DNA from: an uncultured virus (IMG/VR IMGVR_UViG_3300037963_003145)
Taxonomy: Duplodnaviria; Heunggongvirae; Uroviricota; Caudoviricetes
Strand: one strand, 5' to 3'
Virus record (IMG/VR): IMGVR_UViG_3300037963_003145
DNA: 64,000 nt
Below, in pieces: positions 31,127 to 40,792 of this stretch. The position numbers were made by a program, and so were the translations under genes. Under the pieces are notes generated by a model that did not search any database, was not told the origin of the DNA, and worked only from the letters and a program-made list of their open reading frames with translations. Within the stretch, counting starts at the first letter, position 1, and every line of letters begins with the position of its first letter.

Positions 31127-31294
31127 TCACTTAGAGTAAGTCTTACCGCGATAGCAGAATGTACCGTGGGTTTCCTTACTTTCAACACAACGAGTATCAT
31201 ACTCAACACCACGATATGCAGTGTGAGAGAGTTGTGCTTCATGCAATGCAGATGCTTTTTTGATCTGCTTTTTGATGAGGTTAAGTGTGTTCAT
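31127..31294 (-). CDS. DUF4278-family small protein (55 aa), not in ORF track
   Basis: MNTLNLIKKQ...TAYRGVEY...FCYRGKTYSK; two YRG motifs; AGGAG RBS. Confidence 0.8.
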   Translation of the reverse strand: MNTLNLIKKQIKKASALHEAQLSHTAYRGVEYDTRCVESKETHGTFCYRGKTYSK

Positions 31295-31326
31295 GATTGA
31301 CTCCTGAAGTAGTGGGATTTTTGCCC

Positions 31327-31557
31327 CGTTCCTTCAGTCGTTTGCGTCCCAATACCATTCACAATTGGGGACAGAATCCTTCAATGTTTCTACTAACTCT
31401 ACCTTAATAGTATTAGAAAGGTCTTTGTCTGCCTCAATCTTCAGCATAATAGCATTAGTTTGAGTACAAGACAATGATGAGTATAGAAGTAATTCAGGTA
31501 TCATGGGATGAACGCTCCGTTCCGCGACTTACTTGCGTCCTCCTGAGAGGATGAACG
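31327..31557 (-). ncRNA. Tandem glutamine-riboswitch-like aptamers (glnA/Downstream-peptide family)
   Basis: Aptamer 1 (31557-31518) CGTTCATCCTCTCAGGAGGACGCAAGTAAGTCGCGGAACG; aptamer 2 (31514-31327) CGTTCATCCC...GGGACGCAAACGACTGAAGGAACG; upstream of DUF4278 gene. Confidence 0.8.
31334..31504 (-). CDS. 56-aa ORF nested in aptamer 2
   Basis: MIPELLLYSSLSCTQTNAIMLKIEADKDLSNTIKVELVETLKDSVPNCEWYWDAND*; GGAG 10 nt upstream. Confidence 0.65.
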   Translation of the reverse strand: MIPELLLYSSLSCTQTNAIMLKIEADKDLSNTIKVELVETLKDSVPNCEWYWDAND

Positions 31558-31565
31558 ACAGGTCT

Positions 31566-31595
31566 ATTATAGACCCTCATACACTATTTAGTCAA
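31566..31595 (-). promoter_or_regulatory. Sigma70-type promoter for riboswitch transcript
   Basis: TTGACT-18-TATAAT; an overlapping CTAAATA late-like box. Confidence 0.7.
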
Positions 31596-31596
31596 G

Positions 31597-31604
31597 TATA
31601 AATA
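31597..31604 (+). promoter_or_regulatory. Late promoter
   Basis: TATAAATA. Confidence 0.7.
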
Positions 31605-31653
31605 ATTACGTGTCTTTCGTGCGGCACACTCTACATTCGGAAAATACCACATC

Positions 31654-31684
31654 GTGGTACGGGTTTCGCACCGTACCACTTTTT
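31654..31684 (+). terminator. Intrinsic terminator
   Basis: GTGGTACGG-GTTTCGCA-CCGTACCAC + T5. Confidence 0.8.
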
Positions 31685-31757
31685 ATGTATTTTGATAAAT
31701 AAATTTGGTTGCCTTAGGGGACCACACAATCAAACTCGCTTATCAAAGGAGCATAAA

Positions 31758-32204
31758 ATGACGGGACTTACACGTTACACGTCCAGTGACATGGGCAAAA
31801 TTCTTGATGCTGTAGGAAAATACAGTGTCGGACTTGATGATGTTTTCCACAGGTTACATTCATATGGTATGGATAATCCTGGTGGTTCATATCCTCCATA
31901 TAATATTGTAAAGGAATCGAACGTCAAATGGCGTATCGAACTAGCACTGGCTGGGTGGTCTAGAGATGACATTGAAGTCACTACAGAATCCAATGTTCTG
32001 ATCATCAAGTCCAAGTCTGCGAAGGAAGAAAATTCAGAGGAGTATATGCACCGTGGGGTAGCATCTCGCACCTTCGCCAGAGGTTTCAACTTATCCGACG
32101 ACGTTGAGGTTGGAGAAGTTAAGTTTGTTAATGGTATGTTGATTGTTGATCTAAAGAGAATTATTCCAGATCATCAAAAGTTAAAGACATATGATATTGA
32201 ATAA
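31758..32204 (+). CDS. hsp20: Small heat-shock protein
   Basis: YPPYNIV, IELALAGW, HRGVASRTF, NGML; AAGGAG RBS before ATG 31758. Confidence 0.95.
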   Translation: MTGLTRYTSSDMGKILDAVGKYSVGLDDVFHRLHSYGMDNPGGSYPPYNIVKESNVKWRIELALAGWSRDDIEVTTESNVLIIKSKSAKEENSEEYMHRGVASRTFARGFNLSDDVEVGEVKFVNGMLIVDLKRIIPDHQKLKTYDIE

Positions 32205-32227
32205 ATAGAATTGAATATCGTCGCCGC

Positions 32228-32270
32228 AGAGGGGCAACTGGCAAAAACCAGTTGACGCCCCTCTTTTTTT
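32228..32270 (+). terminator. Terminator after hsp20, overlapping -35 of next promoter (TTGACG-17-TAAGAT, 32252-32280)
   Basis: AGAGGGG-CAACTGG/CCAGTTG-CCCCTCT + T-run. Confidence 0.85.
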
Positions 32271-32300
32271 GTGGTAAGATAGCTGAAACTAGGAGTCCCT

Positions 32301-32552
32301 ATGAATTTACATGTAATTGAACTGGTTAATAATAAAGTGGTTGTAGCTGACGTAGAGGAACTGGATGAAGAACCTTCATGTTTCTTAAAAAACTGTAGAG
32401 AGATTATTGACATCGATGGTACAATAACATTCAGAAAGTGGCCTTTGTATACTGATGAAACTGATACATTGATCTACTCAAATCGTATTGTATCAATATC
32501 CACTCCATCTGACGAAGTATCAAATCTGTACAAGAAATCTATCAATTCATGA
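32301..32552 (+). CDS. Conserved hypothetical protein upstream of gp43
   Basis: AGGAG RBS; EELDEEPSC...WP.YT; ATGA-coupled to gp43. Confidence 0.8.
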   Translation: MNLHVIELVNNKVVVADVEELDEEPSCFLKNCREIIDIDGTITFRKWPLYTDETDTLIYSNRIVSISTPSDEVSNLYKKSINS

Positions 32553-35038
32553 ATTTTTACACCAACGTTCAACTTGTAGGAGATCAAATTCTCTTTCGTG
32601 GATATCAACATGGAGAACGTGTGATGTTCAGGGACAGTATGAATCCTGTCCTATTTGTACCATCCCCAAAGGAAAGCAAGTTCAAAACGCTGGATGATAA
32701 GTATGTCAAACCCGTGAGGTTCATGAACCCAAGGGAAGCTAGAGATTTTATCAAGAAGTATTCTGAAGTTGATAATTTTGAGATCTGTGGTTACGAAAGA
32801 TTCTTGTATCAGTATATCGCTGACAAGTTTCCACAGGAAGAAATCAAGTTTGATATGTCTGTGATGAATATCATTACACTTGACATTGAGGTTGAGTGTG
32901 AGAATGGATTCCCAGATGTAGAAAGTGCATCGGAATCTATCCTTTGTATTACCATCAAAGATCTAAATAGTAAAAAACTTATTGTTTGGGGTACGAGAGA
33001 GTACGATAATCAGCGCGATGATGTTGAATTTATATACTGTCACAGTGAGAAAGATCTTCTAGACAAATTTCTGAATCACTGGGTTCAAAATACTCCCGAT
33101 ATTGTTACTGGTTGGAATGTCTATCTATATGACATCCCATACATCTGTAGGCGTTTAGAACGTGTTTTCTCTGAGAAACATATGCGTTCTCTTTCCCCGT
33201 GGAATCTGATTAACTATAGAGAGTTTTTCATCCATGGAAGGAAAAATATTGCTTATGATCTGGGTGGAGTTTCTTGTCTTGATTATCTTGATCTATATAA
33301 GAAGTTCACTTATACAAACCAAGAATCCTATCGGCTCGATCATATCGCGTTTATTGAACTGGGTCAACAAAAACTAGATCACAGTGAGTTCGAGAACTTC
33401 AAAGCGTTCTATACAAACAACTGGCAAAAGTTTATTGACTACAACATCCTTGACGTAGAACTTGTTGACCGTATGGAAGACAAGATGAAACTGATTGAGT
33501 TGTGTTTGACGATGGCATATGACGCAAAAGAAAACTATGAAGATGTATATTCGCAAGTAAAAACATGGGACAATATTATCTTCAATTATCTAAAAAAAGA
33601 TAACATTGTTGTCCCACCAAAAATTACACATAAGAAAGATTCTGCATACGCTGGTGCATATGTAAAGGAACCTATCCCTGGTAGATATGATTGGGTTGTG
33701 TCCTTTGACCTTAACTCACTATACCCTCACTTGATTATGCAATACAACATCTCACCAGAAACTCTGGTAGATGAAAAACATCCTACAGTTACGGTTGACA
33801 AGATTCTGAATGAACCAGTTCTGTATGATGAGAAGTATGCTTTGTGTGCAAATGGTGCTCAGTACAGGAAAGACTTTCAAGGATTCCTCCCTAAATTGAT
33901 GCAGAAGATGTACAACGATCGTGTCATCTTCAAAAAGAAAATGCTTATTGCAAAACAAGCATATGAAAACACACCATCGACAGATCTCTCTAAAGAGATT
34001 GCAAGGTGCAACAACATTCAGATGGCAAAGAAGATCTCTTTGAACTCTGCTTATGGTGCTATCGGTAATGAATATTTCAGGTATTTCCGAATTGCAAATG
34101 CGGAAGCAATTACTTTGTCTGGTCAGGTTTCTATCCGATGGATCGAAACTAAGATGAATAGTTATCTAAATAAACTGTTAAAAACGGAAGGAGAAGATTA
34201 TGTCATTGCTTCTGATACTGATAGTATCTATCTCAATATGGGTCCTGTGGTCGAAACTGTATACGGTGGGAGAAAGGCGTCTAATGAAAAGATTGTTAAT
34301 TTCCTTGACAAAATCTGTCAAATGGAACTTGAAAAGTATATTGAAAGTTCTTACCAAGCGTTGGCCAACAAAGTAAACGCATATGATCAAAAGATGCAGA
34401 TGAAACGGGAGAACATTGCTGACCGTGGAATCTGGACTGCAAAGAAAAGATATATTCTTAATGTGTGGGATAGTGAGGGTGTTCGTTATGAGAAACCTAA
34501 ACTGAAGATTATGGGTCTTGAGACTGCTAGATCTTCTACACCTGCATTCTTCAGAGACAAATTGAAGAAAGCATTTACTATTATCATCAACAATACGAAC
34601 GATGATCTTATCAGTTTTATTGATGATGTTCGTAAAGAAACAAAAGAACAAAGTATCGAGAACATTTCATTCCCCCGAGGTTGTAATGGTCTAGACAAAT
34701 ACAGAAGTTCTGCTGATCTATACAAGAAGGGTACACCTATTCAAGTTCGTGGTGCTATTCTGTACAATCACTTTATTTCCAAGATGAAATTGCAGAATAA
34801 ATATCCATTGATTCAGGAGGGAGAGAAGATCAAGTTTGTTTACTTGAAAACTCCAAATCCTATTGGTGAAAATATCATTGCATATTTTCAAACTCTTCCT
34901 GCAGAACTAAATCTGAATAAGTATATTGATTACGACAGACAGTTTGAAAAGAGTTTTGTCGAACCGTTGAAAAACGTTGTGGAAACCATTGGGTGGCAAG
35001 TTGAGAGGAGAGGAACACTTGAATCTTTCTTCGTTTGA
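32549..35038 (+). CDS. gp43: Family B DNA polymerase
   Basis: DIEV exonuclease, SFDLNSLYP, KISLNSAYG, SDTDS. Confidence 0.99.
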   Translation: MNFYTNVQLVGDQILFRGYQHGERVMFRDSMNPVLFVPSPKESKFKTLDDKYVKPVRFMNPREARDFIKKYSEVDNFEICGYERFLYQYIADKFPQEEIKFDMSVMNIITLDIEVECENGFPDVESASESILCITIKDLNSKKLIVWGTREYDNQRDDVEFIYCHSEKDLLDKFLNHWVQNTPDIVTGWNVYLYDIPYICRRLERVFSEKHMRSLSPWNLINYREFFIHGRKNIAYDLGGVSCLDYLDLYKKFTYTNQESYRLDHIAFIELGQQKLDHSEFENFKAFYTNNWQKFIDYNILDVELVDRMEDKMKLIELCLTMAYDAKENYEDVYSQVKTWDNIIFNYLKKDNIVVPPKITHKKDSAYAGAYVKEPIPGRYDWVVSFDLNSLYPHLIMQYNISPETLVDEKHPTVTVDKILNEPVLYDEKYALCANGAQYRKDFQGFLPKLMQKMYNDRVIFKKKMLIAKQAYENTPSTDLSKEIARCNNIQMAKKISLNSAYGAIGNEYFRYFRIANAEAITLSGQVSIRWIETKMNSYLNKLLKTEGEDYVIASDTDSIYLNMGPVVETVYGGRKASNEKIVNFLDKICQMELEKYIESSYQALANKVNAYDQKMQMKRENIADRGIWTAKKRYILNVWDSEGVRYEKPKLKIMGLETARSSTPAFFRDKLKKAFTIIINNTNDDLISFIDDVRKETKEQSIENISFPRGCNGLDKYRSSADLYKKGTPIQVRGAILYNHFISKMKLQNKYPLIQEGEKIKFVYLKTPNPIGENIIAYFQTLPAELNLNKYIDYDRQFEKSFVEPLKNVVETIGWQVERRGTLESFFV

Positions 35039-35068
35039 TGGTAGAATAATTTTAACAAGGAGTATTTT

Positions 35069-36097
35069 ATGAGTTTTCTTAAATCTGTAATTAAAGAGTT
35101 GGACAATGAGTATGCTGGCGTCGTTGAGGATGGTATTGTCGGTGCTGACTGCGACCAGTTTATTGACACTGGCTCTTACATATTCAACGCCCTATTGAGT
35201 GGTAGTATCTATGGTGGACTTCCTGCAAATAAGATCACTGCTCTTGCTGGAGAATCAAGCACAGGTAAAACATTCTTCGCACTTTCAATGGTGCGATATT
35301 TTCTGGAACAGAATCCGACTGGTGAAGTAATTTACTTTGAATCAGAATCTGCTGTTACCAAATCTATGATGAAAGAGAGGAACATTGATACCGCTCGAAT
35401 TGGTTTGGTTCCTGTTACTACTGTCCAGGAGTTTCGTACTCAAGCAATCAAGATTGTTGATGAGTACATGAAAGTAAAGAAAGAAGATCGTCCCCCACTG
35501 ATGTTTGTTCTGGACAGTCTTGGTATGCTTTCTACCACCAAGGAACTGGAGGATGCAACCGCTGGTAAGGAGACCAGGGACATGACTAGGGCACAGATCA
35601 CCAAGTCCATCTTCCGTCTCCTCACACTCAAGCTAGGGACCGCAGGCATCCCTCTGATCGTCACTAACCACACTTATGATGTGGTGGGTGCCTACGTCCC
35701 CATGAAAGAGATGGGAGGGGGTTCTGGACTCAAGTACGCCGCCTCTACCATCGTTTATCTGTCTAAGTCCAAGGAGAAGGATGGTACAGATGTTGTTGGT
35801 AATATTGTGAAGTGTAAGGCATTCAAGTCTCGTTTCACAAAAGAGAATTCTATTGTATCAACCCGTTTGTTCTATGATCATCGTGGTCTAGACAAATACT
35901 ATGGTCTGCTTGAACTTGGTGAGAAGTATGGTGTCTTCACTAAGTCTGGTGGACGCTATGAAATCAATGGTGTAAAAACTTATGCAAAGACTATTCTAGC
36001 AGATCCAGATAAGTATTTCACACCAGAGATTATGCAAGCACTTGACGAATGTGCTGCTAAGGAGTATAGTTACGGTTCGTTTGAGGGGGATGAATGA
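35069..36097 (+). CDS. uvsX: RecA-like recombinase UvsX
   Basis: [27 protein letters not shown]. Confidence 0.97.
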   Translation: MSFLKSVIKELDNEYAGVVEDGIVGADCDQFIDTGSYIFNALLSGSIYGGLPANKITALAGESSTGKTFFALSMVRYFLEQNPTGEVIYFESESAVTKSMMKERNIDTARIGLVPVTTVQEFRTQAIKIVDEYMKVKKEDRPPLMFVLDSLGMLSTTKELEDATAGKETRDMTRAQITKSIFRLLTLKLGTAGIPLIVTNHTYDVVGAYVPMKEMGGGSGLKYAASTIVYLSKSKEKDGTDVVGNIVKCKAFKSRFTKENSIVSTRLFYDHRGLDKYYGLLELGEKYGVFTKSGGRYEINGVKTYAKTILADPDKYFTPEIMQALDECAAKEYSYGSFEGDE

Positions 36098-37470
36098 TCG
36101 ACAGGATTGAACACAAGATTCTTTCTAATCTGATTTACAACGAAGACTACATGCGAAAGGTTATTCCTTTCATTCAAGATGAATACTTTGATGTGTTTTC
36201 TGAGAAAATTGTATTCAGTGAAATTAATTCTTACATCACAACATATGGAACTCTTCCGACCAAATCTGTTCTCAGCATTGAGATTGAGAACAGAAAAGAT
36301 ATCTCGGAAGAGGTCTACAAAGAATGCATTGAAGTTCTAAATGTTTTCCGTGAGGAAAAACTAGAACAAGAATGGTTGATTGATACTACTGAGAAGTGGT
36401 GTAAAGAACGTGCAGTCTATCTTGCTTTGATGGAATCTGTGAAGATTGCAGATGGTAATGATAAGACAAAGAGTCGTGATGCAATCCCATCTATCCTCTC
36501 TGAAGCTCTAAGTATATCGTTTGATGATCATGTTGGTCACGATTACTTTGGAGATGCAGATGCTCGATATGAATTTTATCATCGCAAAGAAGATAAGATC
36601 GAATTTGATCTACAGATGTTCAACAAAATTACAAAGGGGGGACTACCACGTAAAACGTTGAACATTGCACTTGCAGGAACTGGTGTTGGTAAGTCACTGT
36701 TTATGTGTCACCAAGCCGCTAGTTGTTTGTTGGATGGTAAAAATGTATTGTATATTACTCTGGAGATGGCAGAGGAAAGAATTGCAGAACGTATTGATGC
36801 AAATCTTTTCAACCTAGATATCAGAGGTTTGGTTGATCTACCCAAACCAATGTATGATACAAAAGTCCAGAAGGTATTGAAGAAGACACAAGGAACTCTT
36901 ATCATCAAAGAGTATCCTACTGCGTCTGCACATTCAGGACACTTCAAAAGTTTGTTGAATGAACTTGGATTGAAGAAAGGATTCGCTCCTGATATTATCT
37001 TCATTGACTATTTGAACATTTGTTCCTCTAGTAGATTTAAAGGTGGTATTGTCAACTCATACACCTTTATCAAAGCAATCGCAGAAGAAATTCGTGGTCT
37101 TGCTGTAGAATACAATGTACCAATTGTTTCCGCTACACAAACAACTCGTTCTGGTTATGGTAGTTCTGATGTTGAACTCACAGATACCAGTGAGTCTTTC
37201 GGTCTCCCTGCTACTGCTGACCTTATGTTTGCATTGATCTCTACAGAAGAACTTGAAGAGATGAATCAGATCATGGTCAAACAGTTGAAGAATCGATATA
37301 ACGACAACAATTCTAACAAAAGATTTGTTGTGGGTATTGACAGATCGAAGATGAAGTTGTATGATGTTGAAGACAGTGCTCAACAGAACATTGTTGATTC
37401 AGGTCAGGAAGATGATTACACTGACCGCTTAGATAAAAAGTTCCGTAGTTTTGATGGTTTTAAGGTATGA
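36094..37470 (+). CDS. gp41: Replicative helicase
   Basis: [32 protein letters not shown]. Confidence 0.98.
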   Translation: MIDRIEHKILSNLIYNEDYMRKVIPFIQDEYFDVFSEKIVFSEINSYITTYGTLPTKSVLSIEIENRKDISEEVYKECIEVLNVFREEKLEQEWLIDTTEKWCKERAVYLALMESVKIADGNDKTKSRDAIPSILSEALSISFDDHVGHDYFGDADARYEFYHRKEDKIEFDLQMFNKITKGGLPRKTLNIALAGTGVGKSLFMCHQAASCLLDGKNVLYITLEMAEERIAERIDANLFNLDIRGLVDLPKPMYDTKVQKVLKKTQGTLIIKEYPTASAHSGHFKSLLNELGLKKGFAPDIIFIDYLNICSSSRFKGGIVNSYTFIKAIAEEIRGLAVEYNVPIVSATQTTRSGYGSSDVELTDTSESFGLPATADLMFALISTEELEEMNQIMVKQLKNRYNDNNSNKRFVVGIDRSKMKLYDVEDSAQQNIVDSGQEDDYTDRLDKKFRSFDGFKV

Positions 37471-37946
37471 GTAAAGTTGTTGACCTCTTTGATCCCGACA
37501 CTGGTGCAACGTTGGAGAATGTTCCTGTAGCTGAACCAAAAGTCAGTGTGGATTACAATCGTTATTTTGATTTTGTAAATGAGGTAACCTCTGATGCATC
37601 TCGATATACCGACAGTTTTATCGAACGTATTGGTGAACTTCAGGATCAAGGTGTTGATGTCCAACGTCTTCTGACTGCTGGTGTTGGTATTGGTGCTGAA
37701 GGTGGTGAGTTCACTGAAATTGTAAAGAAGATTTGTTTCCAGGGTAAACCCTACAATGAAGCAAATCGCGAACACATGATTGTCGAGCTTGGAGATGTCA
37801 TGTGGTATGTTGCCCAAGCATGTATGGCACTTGGAGTTTCACTTGATGACATCGTTATCCGAAATGTTAACAAACTGTCGGCGCGCTATCCAGAAGGTGC
37901 GTTTGAAGTCGTCCGTTCAGAGAACCGACGAGAAGGGGATATCTGA
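37467..37946 (+). CDS. mazG: MazG pyrophosphatase
   Basis: AEGGEFTEIVKK, ELGDVMWY, NVNKL..RYP. Confidence 0.93.
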   Translation: MSKVVDLFDPDTGATLENVPVAEPKVSVDYNRYFDFVNEVTSDASRYTDSFIERIGELQDQGVDVQRLLTAGVGIGAEGGEFTEIVKKICFQGKPYNEANREHMIVELGDVMWYVAQACMALGVSLDDIVIRNVNKLSARYPEGAFEVVRSENRREGDI

Positions 37947-38020
37947 TCCCGGTATCAGAGAGGCCCTAAAACATACACTCATTGGATTCTCTCTGGATCC
38001 AAGAGTGTTAAGAAAGAAGA

Positions 38021-38052
38021 ATAAATAGAGGGGAAGAACTCCCCTCTTTTTT
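38021..38052 (+). terminator. Late promoter overlapping a terminator hairpin directly before ATG 38053
   Basis: ATAAATA (38021-38027), AGAGGGGA-AGAAC-TCCCCTCT + T5. Confidence 0.8.
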
Positions 38053-39525
38053 ATGGCTAAACGAGGATCAAAGAAAAATACCAGTCCACCAATTCTCCAG
38101 GGACCTTTAAAGGATAAAGTCCTTAAAATCTTTGATTGTTTGGGTTCGGATGACTATGCCTATTATGTTTTAGATAATGTTAAATTGGGTGGGGAAAGGT
38201 CGAAGATAAAATTTCAAATGAAAGTTTTGGTTAAAAAATCAAATCGTGAATTAGCAACCCGTCAAGTATCTTCTGCATTGGACACTAAAAAAATTGTTCA
38301 TAATAGAGACGGTAATCGAATTGAGATACCAATGAATCCAGCTGATGCATCAGTTGGAGAGAAAATAAGATTGGATATAAAACCAGTTGGATCTGGTTCT
38401 GGTGGTGGTAGTGATGAAACGGCAAAGAATGAATCAACACAAGCTTTGTTTTGTGCTTTAAGATGGTCTAGAAATAACGACTTAAGTAAAGATAATTGGA
38501 GTATGGCTGATTTAGAAACAGTTCTTCCAAACTGTGATATAAATCCTACTACTTTGTGGAATAATGATTTAGAACAATTATTGATGGTTGATCCAACTTG
38601 GTATGATTCTCATGTAAAAGGTGCTAATTTAATATATGAAAAGGTAAACAATACAACTAAAGTATATACTTTTCATAGAGGAAGTAAAACTGTAAAAGAT
38701 ATAGAAAATGCATTTTCTGCTTGTAATAAAAATATAACAGGTGGACCAGCATTTTCTGATATTAATAAGTGGACACCAGCAGACATATACTTGATGAGTA
38801 ATGATTTTATTAGTAATGGGTTGGATAGAATAAAAAATTCCAATACCATAGAATGTTTAAATCAAGTAATACAAGAGTTATTTGATTCAAGAGATCTCAT
38901 TGGCATATCTTTGAAAAAAATTGAAACTGCAAATGGAAATTGGTCTGTCAAAAATCATAAGGATGTACCAAAAGATGTAAGTCAAGTTAAATTTAGAGAA
39001 CTCAGTGGTTCTTTTGATTCAATTGATTTTTATTTGAAGTGGGGAAATAATATTAAAGATCAAATTCAATTTAGAGATACTAGTGGTAAAGGTGATTCAT
39101 GGCAAGGAGAAATAAAAGGATTGTCTGCAGCTCAAGGTAAGATTGGTGGTGGTGTTGTTGATGGTTATCTAAAACAACTATTCCGAAAAGAACTTGGTGT
39201 AGGAAATATGTCAAAACATGCTACATTAAAACAGAGGTCTGAACCTACTCATAATGATAGGGTTAAGGTTACTCAGGAAATATTTGATTTAGCTAAAAAA
39301 TATAAATCTACAACTCTTATGAAAGACTTTGTTGATGATGATCAAACTCTATCTGACATAGCAAGGAAAAGTAAATCTTGGAGATATTCAAAATATATAA
39401 ACTTAAAACTTATTGAAATATTATCGGGTTTGTCTGATACCGAAAAAACAGAGTTAGTTCGAGCATGGTATTTTTATGCAGCATCGCAGAGTGAGCTCTC
39501 AGCGGTCTATGCAAAAGTAATGTAG
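38053..39525 (+). CDS. Putative PD-(D/E)XK-like nuclease
   Basis: GSGGG..T..E, KWTPADIYL, LIGISLKK (PD...SxK variant); visibly AT-rich. Confidence 0.55.
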   Translation: MAKRGSKKNTSPPILQGPLKDKVLKIFDCLGSDDYAYYVLDNVKLGGERSKIKFQMKVLVKKSNRELATRQVSSALDTKKIVHNRDGNRIEIPMNPADASVGEKIRLDIKPVGSGSGGGSDETAKNESTQALFCALRWSRNNDLSKDNWSMADLETVLPNCDINPTTLWNNDLEQLLMVDPTWYDSHVKGANLIYEKVNNTTKVYTFHRGSKTVKDIENAFSACNKNITGGPAFSDINKWTPADIYLMSNDFISNGLDRIKNSNTIECLNQVIQELFDSRDLIGISLKKIETANGNWSVKNHKDVPKDVSQVKFRELSGSFDSIDFYLKWGNNIKDQIQFRDTSGKGDSWQGEIKGLSAAQGKIGGGVVDGYLKQLFRKELGVGNMSKHATLKQRSEPTHNDRVKVTQEIFDLAKKYKSTTLMKDFVDDDQTLSDIARKSKSWRYSKYINLKLIEILSGLSDTEKTELVRAWYFYAASQSELSAVYAKVM

Positions 39526-39528
39526 GGC

Positions 39529-39557
39529 TTGACAACCAGAATCAACTGTAGTATAAT
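39529..39557 (+). promoter_or_regulatory. Sigma70 promoter (probably leaderless transcript)
   Basis: TTGACA-17-TATAAT; ATG 7 nt after -10. Confidence 0.85.
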
Positions 39558-39563
39558 ATACTC

Positions 39564-40760
39564 ATGGCAAAAAACACACACCTAGAACACCTCGAAGACG
39601 ACATCCTCAATCTTGGATCAGAGGGAGGTAAGTCTGCTATTGCTTTTTTAAAGTCACTGGGTTCCATGTTAACTCAGGGGGACAAAAGTAAATCAATTAA
39701 TATCACTACAAAGTGGGATGGAGCACCTGCAATTATTTGTGGGACTGATCCTGCTACTGGTATGTTCTTTGTAGGAAATAAATCTGTATTTGCTAAAACC
39801 AATCCTAAGGTATGTGTTAGTGAAAAGGGTGTTGATAAATTTTATCCTAGTGGTGGTCTCAATCAAATTCTTAAAGACTGTCTAACTTATCTTTCTAAAT
39901 TAGATATAGATGGTGTTATCCAAGGTGACCTCCTGTTTACAGAAAATACTAAGTCCGTTACTAATGTTGGTGGAAAGCGTTGTGTAACTTTTACTCCTAA
40001 TACTATTACATATGCAATACCGTTGGATACAGAACTTGGTAAGCGTGTTAATAATTCTAAGATTGGTATTGTTTTCCATACCACTTATTCTGGTTCTACT
40101 ATGGAAGGGATGTCGGCAGGATTTGGTGTTGATGTATCTCCTTATCAGGGACATGATGATATTGCTGTTTTCTCTTCCGACTTCAGTGATACAAGTGGTG
40201 TTGCAAACTTTACTCCTCAAGAGTTGATGAAGTTTAAATCTGCAGTAAATCGTGCAGATGGTTCATTGAAACAAGCATCTAAGTTCCTTGACGTGATGAA
40301 AGGATCTGATCGTTTTGCTTTTAATGCAATCTTCAAACAGTTCTTTAATACTTACATTCGTGGTGGGAGTGCTATTCCATCCACCAATAAAGTTGTAGGT
40401 GACTTTGCAAAATACTATGCTAGTTTGATTGATAAAGAGATAGACAAAAAGAAAACTGAAAAAGCAAAAGAGAAGTGGACTAAACTCAAAGATGATGGTA
40501 TGAAGTTTATTGCTGCAAACCAACGTTCTATCTACATGACTGTTGCTGCATATAAGAATCTCTCTACCGCAAAACTAATGGTGGTTCGTCAGTTGGAGAA
40601 GGTAAAGGATATTGGTACGTTTATTAAAGATGGAAATGGATATCGTGTTACTGCACCAGAAGGATTCGTTGCAATTAAATCTGGTCGTGCAACAAAACTA
40701 GTTGATAGACTTGAGTTCTCGGTTGCTAACTTTACAGTTGATAAGAACTGGGACAAATAA
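39564..40760 (+). CDS. DUF6267-like protein, ligase-type nucleotidyltransferase fold
   Basis: KNTHLEHLED; KWDG, QGD, PEGFV, KLVDR. Confidence 0.75.
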   Translation: MAKNTHLEHLEDDILNLGSEGGKSAIAFLKSLGSMLTQGDKSKSINITTKWDGAPAIICGTDPATGMFFVGNKSVFAKTNPKVCVSEKGVDKFYPSGGLNQILKDCLTYLSKLDIDGVIQGDLLFTENTKSVTNVGGKRCVTFTPNTITYAIPLDTELGKRVNNSKIGIVFHTTYSGSTMEGMSAGFGVDVSPYQGHDDIAVFSSDFSDTSGVANFTPQELMKFKSAVNRADGSLKQASKFLDVMKGSDRFAFNAIFKQFFNTYIRGGSAIPSTNKVVGDFAKYYASLIDKEIDKKKTEKAKEKWTKLKDDGMKFIAANQRSIYMTVAAYKNLSTAKLMVVRQLEKVKDIGTFIKDGNGYRVTAPEGFVAIKSGRATKLVDRLEFSVANFTVDKNWDK

Positions 40761-40792
40761 ATAGTTTATAGCTTATACTTGCACTCATTTTA

